NCBI GenBank assembly: GCA_038891515.1
Contig: JAWAEB010000014.1
Span: forward strand, 1-24,000
Direction: 5' to 3'
Source of the DNA: Nitrososphaerota archaeon
Lineage (GTDB): Archaea > Thermoproteota > Nitrososphaeria_A > Caldarchaeales > Caldarchaeaceae
Length of the DNA stretch: 24,000 nt
A program made the position numbers and the translations under genes. Positions 7,138 through 13,570 of this stretch are shown here, piece after piece (position 1 is the stretch's first letter; the number at the start of each line of letters is the position of its first letter). The notes beneath the pieces were generated by a model. It ran no database searches, was not told the DNA's origin, and saw only the letters and a list, made by a program, of their open reading frames with translations.

Positions 7138-7157
7138 GGCCTTAAGTTAACAGAGCT
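7138..7157. repeat. Terminal inverted repeat of IS copy B (end nearest the transposase N-terminus)
   Basis: ggccttaagttaacagagct; pairs with 6473-6491 and resembles the copy A terminus at 2651-2670 (14 of 20 identical). Confidence 0.6.
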
Positions 7158-7220
7158 AGGCCTATGGCCTGAGATGTAGCTCCCCCATTCATGCACGTCT
7201 TCGATTATATCGTTGATTGT

Positions 7221-7352
7221 ATGTCTAGGCTCTTCAAGTTCCATAACTATATAAAGACAGTCAAGAGTATTGAGGAGATAGCCACAGCCATAGCCATCAC
7301 AAACAACACACTACTCAAAACCAAGACAGAAGGGGGCGTAATACCTGGTTGA
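7221..7352 (+). pseudogene. Third IS6-like transposase fragment (C-terminal tail only), in the opposite orientation
   Basis: Translates to MSRLFKFHNYIKTVKSIEEIATAIAITNNTLLKTKTEGGVIPG*. Nt 7239-7291 are 49 of 53 identical to the reverse complement of 2233-2285 in copy A, which encodes RFHNNIKTVKSIEEIATAI. Confidence 0.55.
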
Positions 7353-7440
7353 CAGTACCTAGTGCGGTAGTGTCCTGAAAACGCTTTGAATATTCCAAGC
7401 TTTGGGCAGGAGGTTCCGCTGTAAAGGAAAAGCCCATCCA

Positions 7441-7497
7441 ATCCTCAAGCATCCTCATTATCCGGACACTATATGAGGATGGCATACTAATGAGGAG
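7441..7497 (+). promoter_or_regulatory. Promoter/operator candidate: two direct ATCCTCA repeats and their two inverted copies flanking a TATA-like box upstream of the CitG-like gene
   Basis: ATCCTCA (7441-7447), agc, ATCCTCA (7451-7457), N16 containing ACTATA, TGAGGAT (7474-7480), N10, TGAGGAG (7491-7497). The GTG start is at 7512. Confidence 0.4.
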
Positions 7498-7511
7498 GTT
7501 GGTTTTGGCCT

Positions 7512-8387
7512 GTGACCGATAGTTCAGTTGCGGCTAAGAGCTGTCAGCTTGCGTTGCTGTTGGAGCTATCTATTACACCCAAGCCTGGACTAGTGGATAG
7601 GATTAGCCGGACCTCGGAGTTCAGCCACTTCCTGGCCTCTGCAGTTGCCCTCCACGATTTTTTCCACAGTGCTGCTCTTGGTTCGGTGAGGCTGGGCCGA
7701 CTGATTGAGAATGCGTGTAGGGAGATGCTGGCTTGGCAGAGGGGTGGCAACACTCATCTTGGCGCCATACTCCTCCTCATACCTTTGGCGGCGGCCTTCC
7801 CAAGGGCTGGCGGCGTTGGAAAAATGCGGCGCGCCTTAGAGGATGTGCTGCACGGTATGGACTATAGGGACACGGTTGCACTGTTCAGGGCTGTGAGTAG
7901 GGTTGGGCCTGGCGGCTTAGGCAGGGTGGCTTTCTTGGACGTGGGTCAGAGCCGTACATTTGAGAGGATATCACGGCTTAGGATTGGTGTGTTGGACGCT
8001 CTCAAGCCATACAAGGACTTCGATGTAGTGGCACATGAATATACCACATCATATGAGGCCTCATACAGGTATGGCTACAAATATCTAAAAAGAGAGGTGG
8101 ACTCCGGCAAGGACGCCAACGAGGCAGGTGTCAACACCTTCCTCAACATACTCGCCAATATGCCGGACACGCATGTGGCTAGGAGACAGGGCAAACCAGC
8201 TGCCAGAGCTCTCTCCAACATGGCGAGAAAAGTGCTGGCGGCCGGGGGCTACTCAACCAGTAGGGGTAGGTCAGCCCTCAATGAGATGAGGTCAAAGGTT
8301 TTGAGGGCCGGATATAGGCCTGCGGCCACCGCTGATGTGCTGGCTGCCGCCTTCTGTATTCTCCTCCTAGATGGGTGGAGGCCCTAG
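7512..8387 (+). CDS. Triphosphoribosyl-dephospho-CoA synthase family protein (CitG-like)
   Basis: 291 aa with N-terminal ..CQLALLLELSITPKPGLVDRISRTSEFSHF.. (the PKPGLVD hallmark of the CitG/MdcB family). GTG start. No citrate lyase or malonate decarboxylase genes are present in the window. Confidence 0.75.
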   Translation: MTDSSVAAKSCQLALLLELSITPKPGLVDRISRTSEFSHFLASAVALHDFFHSAALGSVRLGRLIENACREMLAWQRGGNTHLGAILLLIPLAAAFPRAGGVGKMRRALEDVLHGMDYRDTVALFRAVSRVGPGGLGRVAFLDVGQSRTFERISRLRIGVLDALKPYKDFDVVAHEYTTSYEASYRYGYKYLKREVDSGKDANEAGVNTFLNILANMPDTHVARRQGKPAARALSNMARKVLAAGGYSTSRGRSALNEMRSKVLRAGYRPAATADVLAAAFCILLLDGWRP

Positions 8388-9226
8388 GACTTGTAGAGCC
8401 TTCGGAGCTTCTCAAGGTCCATCCGGTAGTCTCCCCTGTTATCCTCGGGTGTTTCGATCACCATGGGCTTATCCCGAATATACTTATGGTTGATAAAGGC
8501 TTTGAAGCCCTCGTCACGTATCTTGCCCAGCCCTATATGCTCATGCCTATCAAGCCCCCCGCCTAGAGGACCTTTGGAGTCATTGAGGTGGACTGCTATC
8601 AAGTACTTGAGCCCCACCAAGTTATCAAACATTTCAAGGGTCTTCTCAACGGCCTCCTCAGACCTGATGTCGTATCCGGCGCCAAAGAGGTGGCATGTGT
8701 CCAGACACACACCCACCCTCCCACCATACTCCAGCTTACTCAGAACTTTGGCCAAATCCTCAAACCTGCTGCCGCATGAGTTTCTCTGGCCAGCCATGTT
8801 CTCCAGGAGAAGCTGCACATCATTCTCCACTTTGGAGAGGGCTGTCTCACATGCCTGAACCACTCTTGATATACCCACATCTATGCCAGCGCCTAGGTGG
8901 CTGCCCACATGCGTTACGAGAAGTTGGATACCCAGCAGGCCACATCTCTCCAGCTCTGCAGCGAGTGATTGGGTTGACCTGCTGTGCACAAGTTTCTTGG
9001 GGGAGGCTATGTTGGGAAGATAGGGCATATGGGCCATCACCGTCTTAATCTCGGAGTGTCTCAGCTTCTCCCGGAATGACTGGACATCCCCATCCCTTAG
9101 ACGTGTATATCTCCAACCCCTCGGATTGCGGGTGAATATCTGGAAGGCTGTGCAGCCTAGCGCCAAAGCCCTTTCGACGGCTAGGTCTATTGAGCCTGAT
9201 ATGGATACATGGGCGCCTAGGAGCAA
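8384..9226 (-). CDS. nfo: Endonuclease IV (AP endonuclease, Nfo family)
   Basis: LLGAHVSISGSIDLAVERALALGCTAFQIFTRNPRGW.., ..HVGSH.., ..AVHLNDSKGPLGGGLDRHEHIGLG. Track ORF 8384..9421 adds 65 N-terminal residues with no Nfo counterpart. A TTG at 9226 gives 280 aa starting MLLGAHVS and lies about 26 nt downstream of the TATA-like box at 9253-9259. Confidence 0.85.
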   Translation of the reverse strand: MLLGAHVSISGSIDLAVERALALGCTAFQIFTRNPRGWRYTRLRDGDVQSFREKLRHSEIKTVMAHMPYLPNIASPKKLVHSRSTQSLAAELERCGLLGIQLLVTHVGSHLGAGIDVGISRVVQACETALSKVENDVQLLLENMAGQRNSCGSRFEDLAKVLSKLEYGGRVGVCLDTCHLFGAGYDIRSEEAVEKTLEMFDNLVGLKYLIAVHLNDSKGPLGGGLDRHEHIGLGKIRDEGFKAFINHKYIRDKPMVIETPEDNRGDYRMDLEKLRRLYKS

Positions 9227-9252
9227 GTCTGGATGGTGTGGAGGCTGCAGGC

Positions 9253-9259
9253 TTAAATA
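9253..9259. promoter_or_regulatory. TTAAATA TATA-like box between divergent nfo and a small plus-strand ORF (possibly bidirectional)
   Basis: gcTTAAATAcc. About 30 nt from the nfo TTG (9226), and 19-28 nt from the plus-strand ATG 9275 and TTG 9284. Confidence 0.35.
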
Positions 9260-9274
9260 CCTATACCCGCCAAC

Positions 9275-9634
9275 ATGGCTAGGTTGAAGCCACACCGTCT
9301 GTGCCCCCTCTGCGGCGAGCCAGTAGGATGGCTGGAGAGGCAGACAGCACAATATGCATGCCTCCATACATGTGTGAGGCTGGCGCCCTATCCCAGACAT
9401 CTTCTCAGCAAGCATCAGCAATATCTCAGGGAGGCCAAGAGAGTGGCTGTCCCCATCTTCTACTCGGCCGTGGTTCTAGCACTCGTCCTATCATATCAGC
9501 TCTCGCTGGGAAGGGTGGTTGAGCCCGCCACTATAGCCTCGGCAGCGGGTTTAGCCTCCGCCCTATTCCTTGGCACGGTTATGAGGACTCGGCTGATTCG
9601 TCGCCACCGTCTCCTCGGCCAGACCCACGCTTAG
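9275..9634 (+). CDS. Hypothetical small membrane protein with an N-terminal CxxC..CxxxC zinc-ribbon-like motif
   Basis: 119 aa: MARLKPHRLCPLCGEPVGWLERQTAQYACLHTC.. followed by two hydrophobic helices (VAVPIFYSAVVLALVLSYQL, IASAAGLASALFLGTVM). It fills the gap left once nfo is shortened, and its 3' end overlaps the signal peptidase 3' end by 56 nt. No family was recognised. Confidence 0.35.
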   Translation: MARLKPHRLCPLCGEPVGWLERQTAQYACLHTCVRLAPYPRHLLSKHQQYLREAKRVAVPIFYSAVVLALVLSYQLSLGRVVEPATIASAAGLASALFLGTVMRTRLIRRHRLLGQTHA

Positions 9635-10226
9635 ACCTGAGCCCCTTAGCCATATCCCTAGCAATCATCGAGACATTCACGATAATCAGCAAAACTATCA
9701 GCAGAGGGCCTAGGGGACTCAGGTACTCACCCCGCAGGAAAAGCGATAGGTATCCGAGACCTGTCCAAGATGGTATCTTGAGACCTGTCCACCTGCCCAG
9801 TATGTGGTCGGGTGGGACTGGTGACCAATAGTCGGGCTGACCGTTGGCGTCGCCCTTGGTGATGTAGCCCCCAGCCACTTCTGCGATGGCCCTGTGGACT
9901 ATGATAGAGTTGGAGCTGCCCTTCTCACCTGGTCTGTAGAAGACTATTACGTCGCCGTCAGCCTGGCTGGCCCTAATGTCGTTGGGAGATACTGGCGAGA
10001 CTATGATGATGTCTCCCACCTCTATCACTGGCCTCATGCTGCCGCTTTTCACCACTAGTAGTGGGTAGGTAACGCCTAAGACGGTGTGGAAGAGGGAGAG
10101 GATGAGGAGAATACCCACGACCGTCAGGACGATACCATAGGCTATGCTCCGAGTCCTCAACCCGTACGCCACTTCAGATGCGTGGCATCCTCGGCCTCTT
10201 AAGGTTTGGCCCCCCTTCCCTGCCAC
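9579..10226 (-). CDS. Signal peptidase I, archaeal/Sec11 type (S26 family)
   Basis: N-terminal TM helix, then VVKSGSMRPVIEVGDIIIV (catalytic Ser box), IVHRAI (His box), ITKGDANGQPD and a C-terminal TM helix. The GTG start at 10226 overlaps the upstream gene by 53 nt. An alternative GTG at 10172 lies 1 nt after that gene's stop. Confidence 0.8.
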   Translation of the reverse strand: MAGKGGQTLRGRGCHASEVAYGLRTRSIAYGIVLTVVGILLILSLFHTVLGVTYPLLVVKSGSMRPVIEVGDIIIVSPVSPNDIRASQADGDVIVFYRPGEKGSSNSIIVHRAIAEVAGGYITKGDANGQPDYWSPVPPDHILGRWTGLKIPSWTGLGYLSLFLRGEYLSPLGPLLIVLLIIVNVSMIARDMAKGLRSKRGSGRGDGGDESAESS

Positions 10227-12906
10227 TCGGCAGAGGCCTTCTTGATGGAGCCGGTCGCTGCCTCTGAGGCCTAACCCTCGGCCTCCCCCACCTCAGGAGA
10301 CCGAAGACTGAGGAGGCTGAGACCGCAGCCGTAGCTCCCAGCACTATTCCTTGGTTCTGTAGGTTGTCAATAACGTGTAGCAGGGTTAGAGACTTGTTCT
10401 CCCTAGCCTTGAAGTTTGAAGAATATGTGTACTCTCCTATCTTGGTGACCCAGCCATAGTCGCCCTCAGCTACATAGATGAGCGCCTCACCACCCTCATC
10501 AGTGTCAGATGATACTATCGCAGAGTTGTCTCTTGAGAGTGTGACCTCGGCACCTGCAACTGGTGAGCCGTCGGGCGTAACCACCTTCAAATCAATTCTG
10601 TAAACTTTAGCCTGGACATTGAGGGCTCCACTCTGGGCTACTGAAGCTATCTGGGAAGCCACAGCTGTGCCTTGGAACAACACGTCAACTGAAAAGTCAC
10701 CCTTGGGAAGCTTCAGCTCAGCCCTACCTCCAGAGTCTGTCACGGCCTGACCCACCAGCTTGCTGGATGTGGATGCCTTGACTTGGGCGCCAGCCAGCGG
10801 TGTGTTGTCAGCTTTCACTACAACGACAGTGAGGTAGTACACGTTGGATAGCAGCCTCACCCTGTCCTCATCTATGCTTAGGGTTACGGGCCTGTCATAG
10901 ACCACGAACCCCAGATAGTTGACAACAGCCCTGTAGGAGCCGGAAGGTACATTCTCAAACCTAACCTTCCCATCCACCACCTCCCCAGAGAACCTAGCCC
11001 TACCCAGAACTATCGTGACGCTACCGGACTCGAGGAAGTTGGACTCGCTGTCTACCACCTCAACATCCACATCAATCACGGATTTGGAGTTGAGCTTGAA
11101 CGTCTTGCTGGCATCAACCCTCACCTCCTCCCTATGGACTGGGATACCGAGATACTCCACAGAGACCGTGTACTGCCCCACTGGGAGATTCTTCACCATA
11201 GCCATGCCATCCTCACCCGACTCAGCCGTCTCGGCTATACTCCCACCCTCGACGATGATGGAGGCGTTGGCCAAGTGGTCACGGCCGTCTGCGTCCAAAA
11301 CCTCGAGGACGATGTTATATACTTTGGTGATCACATTCTCTTCCTTGCTCGAGTCTAGGACTATCTCAGTAGGCTCCAGCACCCTCACACCTCTATACTC
11401 CACATAGAGGCGGTAGGATATCGGGATAAGCCCGTCCACCTCCACCACACCATCAGTGTCTGCGTCGTAGACACCCATCCGGATATCATCATAGCTGGAT
11501 AGGTATACCCTGCCTCTGATGGGTTCACTGTCTGCATTGAGGATGTTCAGGGTTAGAGTGTTTAGGGTGGGAGTTATTACTATCCTCTTCCCCTCAGAGT
11601 CGACATCCACCTCACCGGAGCCAATTGTGTATGGGCCGTGGCTGACCTCGTATCTATAGCGTCCGGCAGGTAAGTTGTTGAAGGAGATGCCCGAGTCTCT
11701 CGTAACCCCCTCAAGGGTGAAGACGGTTCCCAGAACCATCCTCAGTCCCACACTCCTCACCAACTGCTCGCTGGGGGTTCTCGGCGCTTCAACCCTCACT
11801 AATATGTCATAGAACCTACCATTCACCCGCGTCTCAGCAGGGGCATTGATAGGTCCGCGGAAGACCTCATAATCCCCAAGCTTTACAATGAGCGTGTACT
11901 CTCGGGGCTTCACCAGCCCGAGGTCGAGGACACCGGTTGTGGTGGTGGCTTCGCTGTATCGTGATGACCCTCTCAGAAGCTCGGCTGAGAGTCTGTATTG
12001 GGAGCCTGATATAACATCATTGCCGTCTGCATCATATACTGTGACGCTGTATCTTGTTAGGTCTGTCCTTGCGTTGTATGTGACGCTTGCACCATTTATC
12101 TCCACCCTAGCTGGTGACGTGAAGACAACCTCTCCCCTGAACTCCACCTCGAGATGGTATTGGCCGTTGGGCAAGAGGTCTAGCCTTGAGACACCGCCGG
12201 AGTCGGTTGTTCCCGAGGCGAATCCAGTGTTGTTGCCGCTCTGCTTTGGCCCATACCAAACCCTTATGGTGGCCGAGGGTACGCCGCTGTTGGATGCGTC
12301 CAATACGTTGACCGTCATCCTATACAACGCCACCCTAACACGGATGGGGGCCCCTCTAAAGTCTGCCGTGGAGTCTCCCACGTCATACCCCCTATAGGAG
12401 ACTTTCACCGTGATACTTGTGAACGGTATCAGGGGTATACTCGCTCTACCATCTGAGCCTGAGGATGTTGCGTTGGAGAGACCCGCACCATATTCGACTC
12501 GCACCGAGGAGCCGGGAACAGAGGCACCACTGTCAGACTCGATGTTGAGGACCAGCGTTGAGACATTAACCATCAGCGTAACCACGTACGGTGATGTGGG
12601 GTCCACAGCCGATACATTCAGATTGTTTTGTTGGAAGACTTGAATGCCTCTGAACTCAACGGTAACGGTGTTGTTTGCTTTGGGGTTTGCTGAGAGTGTG
12701 GCCTCGCCGTTGTTGTCTGTAGTCCCTTGGGCTGCTGTGCCGTTCAGCTTGACGATGGCGCTTGGCACGGGGGAGGAGCCTTCTTTAGTTTTGATGACAA
12801 ATTTTATCGGGTCTGGCGCTGCAGATGCCTGCGGTGTGGTGAGTGTGATTGCTGCGGCTAATAGTAGGGCGGAGGTAATGATAGCTGTCAGGGACTTGTA
12901 CATCAT
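10174..12906 (-). CDS. Large secreted, membrane-anchored surface protein built from about 10 tandem carboxypeptidase-regulatory-like (prealbumin-fold) beta-sandwich domains
   Basis: Signal peptide MMYKSLTAIITSALLLAAAITLTTPQASA. A recurring unit of about 85-90 aa follows: V.V.D..G.PV.GA.V.......G.TD..G.a....LP.G.Y...V.Y.G. (for example VLDADGRDHLANASIIVEGGSIAETAESGEDGMAMVKNLPVGQYTVSVEYLG). The C-terminal TM helix GIVLGATAAVSASSVFGLLRW is followed by a 37-aa Arg/Pro-rich tail. Confidence 0.85.
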   Translation of the reverse strand: MMYKSLTAIITSALLLAAAITLTTPQASAAPDPIKFVIKTKEGSSPVPSAIVKLNGTAAQGTTDNNGEATLSANPKANNTVTVEFRGIQVFQQNNLNVSAVDPTSPYVVTLMVNVSTLVLNIESDSGASVPGSSVRVEYGAGLSNATSSGSDGRASIPLIPFTSITVKVSYRGYDVGDSTADFRGAPIRVRVALYRMTVNVLDASNSGVPSATIRVWYGPKQSGNNTGFASGTTDSGGVSRLDLLPNGQYHLEVEFRGEVVFTSPARVEINGASVTYNARTDLTRYSVTVYDADGNDVISGSQYRLSAELLRGSSRYSEATTTTGVLDLGLVKPREYTLIVKLGDYEVFRGPINAPAETRVNGRFYDILVRVEAPRTPSEQLVRSVGLRMVLGTVFTLEGVTRDSGISFNNLPAGRYRYEVSHGPYTIGSGEVDVDSEGKRIVITPTLNTLTLNILNADSEPIRGRVYLSSYDDIRMGVYDADTDGVVEVDGLIPISYRLYVEYRGVRVLEPTEIVLDSSKEENVITKVYNIVLEVLDADGRDHLANASIIVEGGSIAETAESGEDGMAMVKNLPVGQYTVSVEYLGIPVHREEVRVDASKTFKLNSKSVIDVDVEVVDSESNFLESGSVTIVLGRARFSGEVVDGKVRFENVPSGSYRAVVNYLGFVVYDRPVTLSIDEDRVRLLSNVYYLTVVVVKADNTPLAGAQVKASTSSKLVGQAVTDSGGRAELKLPKGDFSVDVLFQGTAVASQIASVAQSGALNVQAKVYRIDLKVVTPDGSPVAGAEVTLSRDNSAIVSSDTDEGGEALIYVAEGDYGWVTKIGEYTYSSNFKARENKSLTLLHVIDNLQNQGIVLGATAAVSASSVFGLLRWGRPRVRPQRQRPAPSRRPLPSGREGGPNLKRPRMPRI

Positions 12907-12925
12907 CTTGAATGCTGATTAGGGG

Positions 12926-12934
12926 GATATAATG
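12926..12934 (-). promoter_or_regulatory. TATA-like box (minus strand CATTATATC) about 24 nt upstream of the surface-protein ATG
   Basis: The spacing is consistent with a leaderless or short-leader transcript starting at 12906. Confidence 0.35.
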
Positions 12935-12992
12935 TGTTTCCCCTCTATATTTGTCTAGTCTTACCTAAGTATAGCGCGTGTAGATGCCTGGC

Positions 12993-13526
12993 TCACCTCG
13001 CTGCGGCTGCAATCGTGTCCAAGGTCCATTTGACAGAGTTAACGATCTCCCGAAGCCTCGCCTCATCCCGATAGTTTCTCACAACAATCTCCCGAGCCAC
13101 ATCACCGTCATAGACCACCTCATAGTCCAGCCCCTCGCCAGCCCCCAGCTTACCCTCCTCAATCTTTACCTGGTCAGACTCCTTCATGGAGTCTAGGACC
13201 TTACGTAGGAGGAAGGATGAGAATGGCCGCATGTCTTGGGTCACCTTTATCTCAGGGTTAAAGACTATCCTTGCCTCTTTCTTGTCCACGGTCATGGTGG
13301 CTAATAATGCGCCTGTCCTCCCCCTCAGCCTTCTGGTCGTTGCTGGTTCCTTAACAGCCTGCTCGGGTATCTGGGCCCTCCTGAAGCTGCGGGCTGCCAG
13401 CATGTTATCCACCAGAGCTAGCATTTGCCTAAACTGCTCCATCTCCCAGTCTAGGTCCGCCAACCTCTCCTCTAGAAATGACTTGAGCTCAGCCAGCCTC
13501 TTTACTTCCGGGTCCTCCTCGCCCAT
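12993..13526 (-). CDS. Hypothetical protein: N-terminal coiled coil plus a C-terminal alpha/beta-looking domain
   Basis: 177 aa with coding-like composition. It starts 44 nt downstream of the DNA ligase stop on the same strand. N-terminal heptad-like segment EVKRLAELKSFLEERLADLDWEMEQFRQMLALVDNML. No family was recognised. Confidence 0.65.
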   Translation of the reverse strand: MGEEDPEVKRLAELKSFLEERLADLDWEMEQFRQMLALVDNMLAARSFRRAQIPEQAVKEPATTRRLRGRTGALLATMTVDKKEARIVFNPEIKVTQDMRPFSSFLLRKVLDSMKESDQVKIEEGKLGAGEGLDYEVVYDGDVAREIVVRNYRDEARLREIVNSVKWTLDTIAAAAR

Positions 13527-13570
13527 TCCCCAAGCTAATGACGGAACCTGCTAACCTTAAGCTTTTGCAG

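Larger units (their letters stand above)
6473..7157 (-). mobile_element. Decayed IS6-family-like insertion sequence, copy B (about 685 bp) with recognisable terminal inverted repeats
   Basis: The left terminus GGCTCTGTTAGCTTAAGCC (6473-6491) matches the reverse complement of the right terminus (7138-7157, AGCTCTGTTAACTTAAGGCC) at 17 aligned positions, with 2 mismatches and one 1-nt indel. GGC(A/T)CTGTT resembles IS6/IS26 termini. A frameshifted transposase lies between them. No clear 8-bp target duplication was seen. Confidence 0.65.

Noticed and set aside
7397-7420. A possible terminal repeat (ccaagctttgggcaggagg) for the third transposase fragment.
   Set aside because: It shares only the AAGCT core and a loose CAG.AG with the other termini, which is too weak to call.
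9227-9421. The N-terminal 65 aa of the 345-aa nfo ORF call.
   Set aside because: There is no counterpart in Nfo proteins and the composition is odd. A TTG start at 9226 with a correctly spaced TATA box gives a canonical 280-aa enzyme.
11015-12922. Four long plus-strand ORFs (130, 74, 169, 77 and 92 aa calls) antisense to the 910-aa gene. Similar antisense ORFs lie opposite lig (13590-14993), ileS (17398-19133), UbiD, the KaiC-like gene (3607-5800), nfo (8463-9048) and metK (21680-22529).
   Set aside because: They are shadow frames of strongly supported genes on the other strand. Their composition is Ser/Leu/Pro/Thr-rich and low in complexity, with no recognisable motifs. Such shadows are typical of codon-biased genes.
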